Source: Iphione sp. A-MEVVRFRX5 (Eukaryota). From it: DNA of 64,000 bases. Position 1 is the first letter of the stretch. Each line of letters opens with the position of its first letter. The DNA lies in assembly GCA_976226885.1 (NCBI GenBank), contig OZ320317.1, positions 59,644,001 to 59,708,000 of the forward strand, given 5' to 3'. The position numbers were made by a program, and so were the translations under genes. The notes beneath the pieces were generated by a model. The model was given only the letters and a program-made list of their open reading frames with translations. It did no database searches and was not told where the DNA came from. This document shows positions 50,101 through 63,456 of the stretch, piece after piece.

Positions 50101-53100
50101 CTGCCCTAGCACCACTGCCATAACCACTCTCTTTCTATTGTTAGTGCCCTAATACTTTAAAGTAGCCATGAGAAGTGTACTTGGTGGCACTGAAAATGTC
50201 CTTGACACCAATGCCTACTTTCGTTGGGTCCGTAATGATGGTGAAAGCGAATACTGATAATGTATATAGCCACCCGATGAGTCTGAGTAGGCACACGTCC
50301 GATATGGTATATTGTGCCGCACATTACAATGGTCTACCAACAAATGGAAACCTGGTACAGGTATTATGAACCTTAAAAAAAACTATACCGCGCAGGCGCC
50401 TATTTCATTGAAATTATATGGAAATCCGGTCCTAAGGTTTTCTCATTTCCTGTAAGAGCCAAATATACTGAATCAAACGCTGTGGTATCGAACCTAATAG
50501 AAAACGATGACGTCACAGTAAGGAACCTTTGTTCCCCGTCGGGACACGTTATTATTGTCATTAATGAGGTCTACGTTCGAGCGGGACGCCAGGTGAGAAC
50601 GCACCTGTAATAATTCTCCAACATCGCCATCCCTGGATCAAGTACAGCAACCACAGCCACCACGCACACGTACATGTATAAATACACGCAGGCAGTCCAC
50701 AGGGCGTTCTGTCACTCTCCACCGGTCTGCCGGTCGATCAGGCCGCTTCTCACTTTCTATTGCAGACAACACAGACAGGCACCCAATAAATACTTTACGT
50801 GTGTTAGGACATGTATTTGAAATATTATCATACACGTTGGCACCTTCCGAAATATGCCACGTGTCATGGAGCTCATGTATAACCACAGACCTAGTGATTT
50901 AACTGGTCTCGTTGCCGCTGCCATGGAGCTCACGCACCAGAGTACCTGCTTCCATATCTGCATTGAGCTGCGTATGCATGCATTTGCATTGTTTGTGCAT
51001 TCCATTGTGGGCACACTCTATTCAATTGACAGATTCCCATTCATACATTGTATTGCATGTATGGGTGTATGCATGTGCATGCGTTGTTTGTTTTCAAGCA
51101 GTTCTTGTTAATTCCATGCACATGCATGAGTAGGATGTGGGAAATGGCTTCCTAATTTGCATATTTCTGCACATTTCCACACGTTTTCTACTCAAATTCA
51201 TAACATCCCAGATATTTTCTCTTCAAACTTGCCACTAACTGGGCGTTTACTCCACAGATTCATCGCAACATGGACATTGGGGTTTTGCTCCTAAAACAAA
51301 GGTAAATATAGGCAAATTAGTGCAAACACATGGAAACAGAACAAAAGCAAACTAAAAAGATACCCCCTCTGTGTATATGTGTTGTCATGGTGTGTGAACA
51401 TGCAATACAAACAAAGTGCGTACACAGGCACATACAACACAATGGAAACATGCAAACTGGCCCTAACCCTATCGATCCTGTTCAATTCCCTTCCCCATAC
51501 TTCTATCTTTGCAGTGTAGATCTTTGACTCAATGGTGAAGCACTTCAGGTGGTGTGGTTGTACTGTAGTTACTGTGTCGTATGCACAATGCTGAAGAGGC
51601 AGTTATTTTTGTATGAGGCTGTGATAGCTAACCCACTTCTTTTCATCATTCAACTAGTAACAGATCGATGGAATGTCCAAACCTTTTTTTTAATCCATAA
51701 TCGCTTTTTACTAGTAGTGCCACGCGAGATATTGAACTAGGTACTATTCAAATGTAAACGTCCACGGTTTCCAAGTACTTTTGGGGCATGTATTCATCTG
51801 GAAAAAAATCTCTGGATTAAGGATAGATTATTTCTTGAATGCTGAGACTAGGACACAATCCATTATTAAAGCAGAGAAAATGTAGAGGAAAAGGGGCAGA
51901 ATAAAACTTTTCAAGCATATTTACCTAATAAAAGAAGTTCATTGAAACTATCCGAGAAGGTTTCGTTTATCACCAATGATCTATATGTAGCCATTGCTTT
52001 CAGTCTGCTTGCCATGGCCTCCCATCCAGTCCCTTATCCTTACAAATTTGTTTCTGACGCTATTTCCCATATTATTATTGTGGCATGCAACAGTTTTGTC
52101 ACTTATAACACTAATATTATTAAAGTTTACTACGAGTGGAATTAGACGCCTCTTCAAATTCTACGGAGTGGAGAAACTATCGGACTATTGATTTAGCCCC
52201 GATTAAATGTTCTACTTCAAGGTGTTCTCCATTTAAGATCTATTCCTTCCACAAATTCCAATGGTTTAAGTGTAAAAGGAAATTGGGGGTTATAAAGGCA
52301 TCGGTCCTTTCAATGATACTAAGCCCATTTTTATCTAAACTTTAATTGACTCTCTCTTTGACAGATGCATTTCTGTGCCATATAATACACCTTTGTTAAA
52401 GAGTGCGCTTCTTAAAAGGAAAGGTGTCAAATGTCACAAAGGATATCAGCGATTTTGCATTATTGATTACAGTCGGAGGAATATTGATCGTTACGGCCTG
52501 TCATTTTTGTAGTTCTAAATCGTGGGCCCTCACCATGCACACACACACACACACACAGAAAAAGGCTCAGACCTTGGCAGATAATCTGCACAGATTACCT
52601 ATCTCCCAAAACGAGTCCTTTGCTCTCCTTCGAACGGATTCGATAGGGTCTAGTTCAAGCTGGATGCTCCCTAATAAGACCACCAGCAGACTGTAACAGA
52701 TGAGGAAATAGGTGGGTTCAATGCCACAATCTTTGTTATTACAGTAGAGAGCTTCTAATCTGGACACCCTTGGTGCTTTTTTTGCGAACTGTCCCTAACT
52801 GAGACTTGTCCCTATATTAGAGACCTATTTTTAGTATACAGAAATCATACTTTTTTCTTCCCTGAGGTATCCCAATCGACCCATCGAATATCATTGATTT
52901 TGGCGTATTTCAGTGGAAAAATATCAAAACTACGACTTCTACAGTCTATATAAGAAGTCCCAAGGATCTTTGATAATTCAAGTCTATTCATATGATCACA
53001 GAAAGCAGAGAAGTAACACCTGGGTAGCTTATTTATGAGGTTTGAGTAGTGAATTTCATATTAGAAGGAGGTCATAGTTTTGCTCATACAGCAAAAAAGC

Positions 53101-53140
53101 GAAGGGTCTATTAGAGCCATGTCCCTAATTGAGAAGTGTA

Positions 53141-53747
53141 CCTAAGGGTCGGTTTCCTTACCTGCATTGCTGTCCATGAGGCTGCGTTATGCTTCCATGT
53201 GCATTAGTATACATTTTACATGCATTTTCTTTTAATGCAGCCTCACAGATAGGGGTGTCTATTGACGTGCATTGTGAACTGTGCATCAGTGTGCATGAAT
53301 GGTGACAAAAATGATGGTATAGGACAAATATCATGCTTAAAGCCATGAAAGATGACAAAAATGACTGGAAAAATCATGAAAAAGGAACGAAATGATGCTT
53401 ACATTAGTGAAAAACAGCGACAACGACCGGAAAAAGTTCGGAAGAGGACCAATTTATGCAAAATGTGAAAAAATGCACATAATTGAGTGAAAAGTGAGTA
53501 AAAGTAACTAAAAATGAGTAAATGTGAAGAAATGTACATGCATTCCCTTCCATTCGTGCATTTGTGCATGAAATTATTGGTCAGGGACCGTTAATTGTCA
53601 ATGGATGCAAAATGCACACAAACGCATATGGATGCATTTGGCACCCTCTATTAGAATCAACATGCCCAACAATAGGCATACAAATGCAAACACAACGCAC
53701 ACAAAGGCACACGGATACCAACACATATAAGGAAACCGACCCTTAGG
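53141..53747. mobile_element. 607-bp non-autonomous DNA transposon (MITE)
   Basis: Perfect 20-bp TIR (CCTAAGGGTCGGTTTCCTTA ... TAAGGAAACCGACCCTTAGG) flanked by TA on both sides. AT/TGCA-rich non-coding interior. Confidence 0.85.
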
Positions 53748-56172
53748 TAGCATATCCCACTGTATATAGATGTAGTACAATGGCTGCGGCACCCAAATCC
53801 TGAGATATTATCAAACAGAAGGAGCATAATAAATATATTCTGGAAGAGCTTCTGATAGAATCATACCCTCCTCACTCCAGCATTTTGTCAATATATCGTC
53901 GGTGCTTCTACTATCCCATAGTTTGGTTATCTTGAATGCGTGGTATGTCATCATTTGACATGGTTTAAAGTTGGGAAAAAGGAGGTAAACAATCGGATTG
54001 TTATGCCAATTTGGGACCAGATTCCCCTGGTCTGTCTGAGAGGGGAGAACATGGCATGTTTAAAGGCCGAGCAACTGCTGCCAGCACCAATAGTTCATGA
54101 CATGCGGAGTGCTATTTTGACAAGGTTACTCCCCTGAGTGGACAGCCAAACATCAAAAGCACGCAGCCACCTCCCATTTGCACTCAAACACCAGTGCTGA
54201 AAGTAAACCGTTTGGATAAATTCGGCAAACTTTCTGCGCACGCGCCCTCCGCAGACAGGAAGTGGCGCCGTCAGGGGTTCTTTTTCCCCCATCAAATATT
54301 GCGGCGTTCCCGTCGGGAGACACCAGCATTGGGCACGCATGCGCAGCGTGTAATACTCCTATGTCGATAACTTAATGGCTAAACGGTCCGGCTTACCCAT
54401 GCGAGTACAGCCTCCTGTACTAGTAATGATACACCCCAGAGAACCTCGGGATGGAGCTGGCTGTATGAAGCGATTAGGCCGATGCCATGGTTCCGTTATG
54501 GAACACGACGAGTCACATGCAAAGGGTTCAGGGGACCAATAAAATATGACCGATTCAAATCACCTTTGTGACTGATACAAACCATGTCAATACGAGTGAG
54601 GGTACTGACGACGGGTAGGGTGGGAGGAGGGGGGGCGGTAGTAGGTTGGGTCGGTAAAATAGCATTTCACTGGTGAATTCCAAAGCTGTATGATTATCCT
54701 GTAACTTCGTGGCAGTGCTGTGAATAAGTGATAATGGCCCCATGCAAAAGCCATTCTTCTTCATCTTCCTATTGATGCAAATGCTTACTCAACATGACTA
54801 TTTTCTATTGGGGACTGCGGTCTCTAATGGCACAGATGATCATCAAATATAAATGCATATATACATCATACTTTCCACATTGTAAATATCCTCAACATTC
54901 TATAGAGCGCTCCACGCGCAGAGGTCGCTTATAAAAATGATAGACGCATGGTAAGTTCCATCAAGTACCTGTCACCGTGAGCAAACGGCGACACACGGGG
55001 GACAAACACCCGAGTGCAATTAACTTGAAAATCGTGTATGATAAATGACGCTTGTTATTACCAAATAAAAAGCAACACCCTCTATGGCGGGTCTTAATTA
55101 AGAGCTGTTTTGATATATGTACGTCTGTTTGAATGCACCTCGAGGACGGAGCGCGTAAGCCGCTCCGCATATCGTCGAGTGTATGGAACCCCAATTACGT
55201 ACAGATTCATTTATGGGTTCCGGGCGACGTCGTTAGTTGAAAGAGGACAATAAAACCATAAACATAAAAAATCGGGGACAATGGAGACATCGAAAAGAGG
55301 AGTTTCCGACAGATACTTCAACAGCGGATTTTTGGATTAAAAGAACAAAACTCTGTTGCTGAGATGATTATCACGCACGCATGTGTTTGAGCTGTGTGCC
55401 CCAATGCTTTCGTTGTGTTTCTAGACTATGCGGATTACTGGTCGGGAGACCTTTGACACATGTGAAATTGAAGGACACCCACTCACGCTACATGTACTGT
55501 ACATGTAGTTCGATAATTATCAGCTGCTAAGTCACTTCGTTCTCACTCGAAGACTCCGACCTCAAGAAACGAAACCGTAATGTTGTGGGTAGGATAATAG
55601 AATTTCTATATAATATGGTTTAAGTGACTACTCCTCTAAATACTTAGTAAACGGCCGTCACATTAGAAAATCATATATACTATATAATATAACCTTTGTT
55701 TATTGCACTTCTCCCTTACAAACAGAGGTATCCTTGTACAATAAAGTGAAAAAGTATATTAGATAGTGAACAAACATAAAAATATATAAATAATAATAAC
55801 GGTATTATCTATTAACCCCCTTACATAATGTCATACTGGACGTGATTTAGTCGATCCGAATGACCATAGACCATACTAATTTTGACAGAGAAAACCACAG
55901 TAATTCCAGTATCAAATTATGTTAAATACGTCAGTTGCGAGACTAGGTAGACAAAATAACATGTTGGAGGGGTGTATAAAGCGTCACTACGTCCAAGATA
56001 CGTTAGAAATACGTGGTTGGATATTGTTTGAAGTTAGCCCTGCCGGCCCTACCTAGCTTTACATGGACACTCATCCGCTCCCAGAGCGTCGTCCCTCGAG
56101 GCATCTAGTCTAGCCGTCACTCACATCGCCCTCAATATGGCTCATTCAGAAGAGCCACGTGCCTCTTCAAGC

Positions 56173-56352
56173 CAGGTAAATAGGCAGGTAAACAGACAGG
56201 TAAATAGCCCGGTCAACAGCGCCTGACCGAGGGAGAAGGCAGGGGTAGTTTGCTCAATCCGCTCCTCCACCCTAACCACTGACCCACCTGCTCCCACCAT
56301 ATTAAGTCAGGCAGGTGGCCGCGGCGACGCCGGCTAACATCACCATGGCAAC
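56173..56352 (+). promoter_or_regulatory. Triple forkhead site plus X-box promoter/enhancer module
   Basis: CAGGTAAA(T/C)AG repeated three times at 12-bp period (56173, 56185, 56197). E-boxes CACCTG and CAGGTG follow, then ATCACCATGGCAAC at 56339-56352. Confidence 0.5.
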
Positions 56353-56379
56353 CAGATACATGGTGGCCACCATCAGTCG

Positions 56380-57420
56380 TCATAATTGGTGGAGTGGTTG
56401 GATAATATGGAAACTAGCCCCATGACACGCTTGATGAGTGAGTTTAATGAATGTGGACTTCTGGCTGACCGCTCCCTCGTGGAAAACTGACGGCTGCTTC
56501 TACGTACAAGTTGGTGGTGGCGCTGGTCAACGTTGAGGGAGTTATTTTGCGACAATTGGAATTGCTGCCGTTAACGCTGGTCTGTGGGGACAATGATGCG
56601 GTTCTTGTTAATGATGGACAATATCCTGGTGTTGTTTATTATGATTGGGAGACTGTGATGAATAATGCCCGAAGGATGCCACTGTGTACGTTATCCGATG
56701 CATTATTATGAGCAACTGTGCATTCGTGGTGGAATGAGCGATCATCGAGACGTACTGTTTCCACTAACTACTCTGCAAAATAAACCTAATATGGACGAAA
56801 CCGAAGATGGGATCATTTGATAACTATGACTGGCTAACCAAGTTAACTGTGTTGTTCTTCGTTGGAGTAAACACTACTGTTCTATCCGTTGAAGGTCTGC
56901 ATACTGCTGACACGGTTTAACTACGATAACCAAAGTATAATTGCTTGCCAAATCCATATTCATTTCGTCGGTGGAAACTGATTCGGGACTAGATGTTGGT
57001 CATTACACTAATACTCGTGATGATTACCCAAGTTTAGTGCTCGTGGGCCCGACCCTACGTGCTATGGCGGCCATGGTTATGGCGATAATGATGTTGAATG
57101 CGTTGGTCTCGGTGATGATATTAATAGTGTACCAGAGAAAGAGTGGACCTTGGATCTCCACCACCTCAACCCATGGCCTGTGCGCTCTCAGACCCTTGAC
57201 AGTGACCATGGCGACGGCCTGTATGTGCCGTTTTATTACCTGCAAGAATGAGCCAGGCTCTGGCAGACGGCGAAGACTATCGATCATTGCATGTGCGTGG
57301 CTGTGCATACATTGCCAGAGTGGCTGGGTGTGTGTGCACAACTGTTGAGTAACAACTGGCAGTCAAAGTTCGTTCGTGAGTCGCCTTATCACATGCCGTG
57401 TTCCTACATGGGCATCATTT
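56380..57420 (+). pseudogene. Intronless decayed coding-like segment of unidentified family
   Basis: Runs of strongly RNY/GNN-biased codons (e.g. GAC AAT GAT GCG GTT CTT GTT AAT GAT GGA CAA TAT CCT GGT GTT GTT TAT TAT GAT) switch frame several times and carry stops. AATAAA lies near 57500. No family recognised. Confidence 0.3.
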
Positions 57421-59194
57421 AACAACAAAGGCAGGTTTGCGGCTGCGCCATTCGACAGAGGATGGGTTCCAAATGAGTCCCAAATACATTCTTACATCGA
57501 ATAAAGTCCAATGCGAATTTCTGGCTGATGCATCTGTGCTTCTAGCGACCGCACACACCCCTTTCTAAATAAACTGATTAACGTGTATTTAGCTCAATGC
57601 ATATGACAGTTCATGTATATATCATAAAGTAAGGGGCGGGCATTTTCATTGACGCAGGAGACATCATCGACTGGGTCTAGGACAGTATTCCATTCATTAA
57701 AAACATCCACCATTCATATTAAACACTGATAAACCTTACGATTTCTTATTCACTCACCCATAAATAACTCTGAAAACGTCCTCGTACCCTAATTATAACC
57801 GCACTTTTGATTTGTGGCATGTTCTTGATAAACTCACTTGAGTACAGTCTTCAAAGAAAACGTTTGCATTCATACAAAAGCATAGCAATTATATTTCGAA
57901 TAGTTTCCTCAATCAAACCCAATCTCAAGCCACATCCAGGGAGATGGGTTGTCAGCGAGTAGTTTTTCCTGGCTAAAGACCCGATTTCGAACGGACTCGA
58001 TAGAGCATTAATTCTTGAAGAGAGCTGAGAGGCTGATGGAGGCGTTGCAGACGACCGCCTGCCAAAGGTCAATAATTGATGAGCCGTAGGCAGGCGGTGG
58101 TTTGTCAACAATCAAGTCTGAGTAATTCCGCCAACAATTGCCCCTAGAGGAGCTGAGCTGCTTACAACCCTCCACCTTCACCTTTGCCAAATCCCGCTCT
58201 CAGTCTAAACGCCCGAATTCGCTCCATTTTGGGGGTGAATGACTTGGTGACCACAGCCTACACTTTACTGTGTACACAGGGTTGCTGGTCATTCACATGA
58301 TAAATGATTATATTTGCTTAGCCCAGGCTGTATTTTTAAGTTATGTTTCCCAGGACTGTGGGAAAACAACTTAGGAAATACATGTACTTTTTTTCTCCAT
58401 TTTTTCCCATCCCTGTTTGTTCCAGTTTTATCCACTTTTGACTACACTCTTATTTTGGATTCTATGACCTCTTCCTTCTGTTAAATATACAACATTTTAT
58501 TTTGTGTCAATTTTTTTTAAATAAAAAAAATATACAGTCACCTCCTTGTCCAATCTCAATTTGTTTCCTGTAAAATAGTCCAGTAAAGATGTTGTCTGAA
58601 TAAGGAAAATATAAATAAGCAATTGTGATTAAATTGTTTGTTGCAGAATACATTTTGATATGAAGAAAACTGATTTCCAAAGTGCTTGGAAAATGAAAGT
58701 CAATTATTCTTCAAATTTGTAATCCAGATATCTGTTAGCAGTACATTTACATGGAAGCATTGGCTAGAGTTCTCAGTATAAAATGAGCATACCATATTAG
58801 TTTCAGGGAAGGAATACTAATCCACTAAAACTGGAAAGGAATTGAAATCAATCTTAATACTTTTATATGTGATGATACAATATAGCATCATAGAATCATG
58901 AAATTAATTAGTTGTAGGTAATTTGTGAGACAAACAGTGTTCTAAAATAAATATTTATTGCTAGTCCAAAAACCAGAAGTTTACAAACTGACATTTAATG
59001 AATGTCTTAACAGATGAAATCTAATGGCAGCTTCATTATATTCGTAGATACATGTATGTTTGTTTAGGATATGTACAATATACATCCTTGACTGTTAAAA
59101 GTACTTGAAAGTTTTGAAGTCAGTAACATTTTAGTAGTTTAGTTACTTCCAAGTACATGTACTCTTTACAAAGAGTTAATACTTCATAAGAATA

Positions 59195-60472
59195 CAGGTC
59201 CACAACATAATGCCAAGAACAATGTTGAAAACTTCTGGGTCTGATGAAAGCTGTTCGCAAACAAAAACCTTATGTTCTAATTTGCCAGCCTCAATACTAC
59301 CCAAAATCACTTCTTCGGGGGGAAGGCGTCGTACCCTAAGTTGATTGGAGGATGTAGAGGCTTGCGAGGGTGAACTGCATTGGAACTTTTCAATGGAATG
59401 AGCCTGGAGGGCTGGAATATTCCCTTGCCGTGCTTGTTACTGTTCCCTCTGCCAAATTTGCCTCAGTTGCTCTTGCTGTCTTGTGGGTCAAATTGTTGAC
59501 TATTTCCAGGGTCTTTAATAATCCCTCCAAACAGGAATTTGTGCAATGCAGGGTGATACTGAGATCCCAATTGCTGGTATTCCACATTAAGGGTAAAGCA
59601 GATATCATGACATGCCTTCATGAGGACGATGCATGTTGGCCCCTACAAAAATGCATAGCACATCTAGTAGTGTGTTCAAGGCTGGTTGCAGTGGGAGATC
59701 CTTCTGGGCCAACTTCAAGACCATCATGGCCACCCAAAACCACCTGACTCAGGGATCTCATTGCTTGGATCTTCTGGAGGTTCTTTTCATCCTGCTTAAT
59801 ACAGGTTGGTCACACATGATCTTTTACCTTTGTTAGCTGGAGCCCTGTGCAGTTGGCCGGTCTAGGATACAGCTCCTTTCTATTGTTCGCTGCTCGCTCC
59901 TCCCAGGGCTCAAGTTGGGCTTTATTGATGAAGTCTGCCATATTTTGTGGGCTGTGAGGGCCCACTGCTTCATCCTTTTCAAGCTGCTCCTGATAATCTT
60001 CAAATAAGTTTTGTGGACTACCTTCTTCAAAAACCTGATGGAGGGTGCTTTGCCATGACAGGATACCCTAAACCATCTGGGTTACTTCATCATCTGATGC
60101 AAAATCAGACAGGACTTAACTAGGCTAGATGAAATCCAATGACTGGTCATCGTCTTGATATAAGCCCTCAAAACCTAAATTCTGGGCATCCACAAGTGAA
60201 GACTATTATCCTTTAAAGTCAGAATGGAATCCAGCCATGATGTCCCTAATGCCAGTCATGGTCTAGTTTAATGAAATAACTGCATCCAGTACAGCAGCCA
60301 TGGGCTCTTGTTACTTAGACCTGGAAGGCTCAGAAGACATTGCATCCTTTTCTTTAGATTTTGCAGGCTATTTTGCTTTATCTGGGGCGGGGCACAATGC
60401 CCCCCTTTGCTTCATCAGAGAGGCTGGCCCCATCCTGTCATTTGTTTGGCCGTTTGTCTCAGTGGATGCCAT
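59195..60472 (-). mobile_element. Decayed DIRS-type (tyrosine-recombinase) retrotransposon fragment: ORF1/gag-like plus start of RT ORF
   Basis: Minus-strand frame from ATG 60472 has multiple stops and a frameshift but reads LFEDYQEQLEKDEAVGP...NMADFINK...LYPRPANCTGLQLTKVKDHV*...NLQKIQ...LLDVL...LNVEYQQL...KFLFGG, the YxRPxNC..L...KV / LQxIQ / LFG pattern of DIRS ORF1. It is followed by AGKLEHKVFVCEQLSSDPEVFNIVLG, matching the AGRL...TSDxxVLxxVxG start of the DIRS RT ORF. Truncated after that. Confidence 0.8.
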
Positions 60473-63456
60473 AGTGTGTTTTTATAAGGGCACGTAACCA
60501 TTGAAAATTTGTGTGTGCAGTTACTGCTTTCAGGCTGTTCTGCACAAATATAGCAAAAAGCAGATGCTATTCAAGCTGCATGACACTTGAATCTGTTTCT
60601 CTACGGGGGTGCCATGTGCCAGATTCTACCCCTAGGCAGACATAGGAAAGATACATGAATATACAACCAAAATGCTTCAAAGCAACTACCTAAGGGCATT
60701 CTGTATGTTCATAACAGGACAAACACAGCAAATATAGGTACAAAAATGTTCATCATACCCAGGCTGCTGTGCTGGCTAGAGCATGGTGAAGAGTGCTATA
60801 ACGACTGCTGCCTTCCAGTAAAGAGATAGCGAGGCAGAGTTAAAATTAAGGACAGATACAATGAAAGTAATCATAGAATCAAAGATAACCATGCATATAC
60901 GCATGACAGCAGGAAGATCATCTACACATTCTAGATTGTAAAACATACCTCATTTTCCTGTTGGTTTTAAACAATACACTCCTGATGACAATGGAGCACA
61001 TGCTTCTGCCTGCATTGTGCTCATAAATAAGATGCGTGAAATAATTGTACACCGTTGTACTATACAGGTCACACAATATATAGTTATCACATGCAATTTC
61101 AAGTTTTCTCATACATGGTATACCGTTAAACTAAATAATAGTCTTCAGTAAAAACTAATGAGATTCTGTTCTGGTTCTTATTTTTAATCATATTTATAAG
61201 GCATTAATACCTAAATTGTTTTCAGTTTACCGGTATTAGTTTCATGTTTGCGGATGTCTGCAATATCGGAACGATAAATGGAGCACAGGGTCTTATCAAT
61301 ACAGCAATATGTCAATGTCTGACAAATGAGTCCACCTGCTCTTGTTGTTTTTACTCTACCTCCATGCTACGGACACTGGCGCTTTGTCCTTATATGGATG
61401 GCTGATCCGCTTTCAGAGTGTACACAATGGTAATGCGCCTGATACTGGTGGGTCTGGTAATCAATCAGCTGGAGAGAGTATCTCTACCACTCAGGACGCA
61501 TACTGAAATGCATGTAATGGAGGATCAAAACTCCAGGTTCCTCGGAGAGCTGCTCCTGGATAGGTTGATGGGGACTATGAAAAGAGGACAGGAAGATGTA
61601 CAAAAATGACCATAATGATTTCCAATAGTAAAAGACCTTGGTATTGAATCTGCAATTAATTGTTGCACAAGTGTAACCACAGGAGTTGGGCTAGAGCATG
61701 TTGAGGAAAAATATATCACTATCCGACGAACTCTCTACCTATTATCTGCATCGTTGTAAACCGAATGAGATGTTTGGAAGTGTGCAACTTACCGCTAATT
61801 TGGGTCAAAGTGCACGTATTCAATAGGTCTCAGACAGCCTTGAACCTGGGTAAATTGTGGACGACTCTGCGTAATGAAGGTGATTATCGAGTGGATAAGG
61901 TCCATCGTCCCTGACAGCTTTATGCTGATGCTATTACATATCGACAGTCCCAATAGTATTCCGCTGTTCATCTGCCGTGTACAATGGCTTGCAGTCATCA
62001 GGTTAAGGAAGGTTAGGCGTCACCATTGCAGTGCCAATAAGCTCTGAAACCTGAGGACTATTAGATCCGTACATCTTGTATGAGATCTTCTGAATAGTAA
62101 TCTGATCAGTGTATTTTCAAAAGTCCTTAATATCTCAACATGGCGCAGGGAATACCTCATTGGTAAAACCTTCAACTCAGGTGAAACTTCTATATGGTTT
62201 ACTGCAGTTGTAAACTGTGATATGAATTACATGTGGACTTTTCCAAAGATTACTTTAACTGGTAACATGGAGCAAGATGACAAATGACACCAAGTATTCA
62301 ATGACAAATAGTGATGCATGATTTTGCATGTCGAAAGACATTGGTAACTACTATCTAACAAGCGAAATGGCACCCGTGAGAAATATAAAATCTGACATTG
62401 GCATTACTTTCATTTTGAGTAAACATTTAGCCCTGGCCACGGTTCCTATGAGGCTTGCTACAGGGGTCTGTATTTCTCTCACTGCCATTTGTTTGTCACG
62501 CATGTGCAGCTCTAACGACTTATTGATTCAGAATTACCTATGAACAAAGTACACCAGCTTGCATTTAGTGCCATTCCCAGAGAACGGCCAGCACCATCTG
62601 GGGCATTGGAGCCATAATTGTGATGGCTGAAATAATTAGGCATATTTGTTTTGAAGTAATACATTTTGAAGTCGCTGTTGTCAATCGAAGCTAAAGTGAC
62701 GTCTATGTAGTTTGGATTGTCATTGAAAGATCTTGTTTACTTCCTTTCATTCGCACTATTGTAATAGAGTAAACGTGAAATATACGTTTTCGTTCTGCTC
62801 TGCAGATTCGGGTCGCACAGGAATAGCGAATATTATACTCCTCCTGGCAATACGTATAGCATTTTCCTCTAAAAAGACCAGCTTCCAAAACTAAAGGTTA
62901 TCCAAACTGTTTTTCAGTTAATGTTTACTTTCCTAGAACCCGCAGGTTCTGGAAATCTGTACAAACAAATGAGAAAAACTGTATCCATCCACTGAATAGA
63001 TTTATGGTTGGGCCATGGGAGAACACGGAAGGAGCGTTTTAAAGAGACGGATGCTAAAAGCAAGTGGCAGCTCTCTCCCCAGCCAGGTAACTTATTAATT
63101 TGCGTTTCATTTAATTATTACTAATGGAGTCGGGGAGCTGGCTACCATCTACGGCAGCATCCATGTCCGCCGAACATGCTTTTGACCAATCAGGGCCTAC
63201 GTTATATGACCGTGCTTAGCCTCGTAACAACAATGAAAGCAGTATCATTACGGGCTGTTAAGCTGACTGCCTCGGCCGGTGGCCATTAAGGCGGGCAGTG
63301 TGCCGGAACCACAGGCAGAATAGAGTTCTGGACCGGGCCACCATCAACACCGTACACTTTCTCAGGCAATGGCCAACACCACTGCCCAGCCACCCCCTTC
63401 GACCCGGCACCGATGGACCTCCCTGGACCTTGACCCTTCTCACATTGAGCTAGTCT

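Noticed and set aside
50750-51530. TGCA/CATG-rich low-complexity block resembling 47400-47900 and the interior of the 53141 MITE
   Set aside because: Probably transposon debris, but I could not define ends or a reliable alignment.
55140-55182. Hairpin CGGAGCG-cgtaagc-CGCTCCG with TCGA flanks
   Set aside because: Too short for a pre-miRNA, no known miRNA seed recognised, no Helitron-type CTRR end nearby.
52628-58003. Shared 17/18-nt word TTCGAACGGAYTCGATAG at about 52628 and 57986
   Set aside because: A few such matches are expected by chance in 64 kb, and the flanks do not align.
61400-62900. Fragments faintly resembling a decayed LRR or other coding sequence
   Set aside because: Many stops in all frames and no repeated LxxLxLxxN pattern; not supportable.
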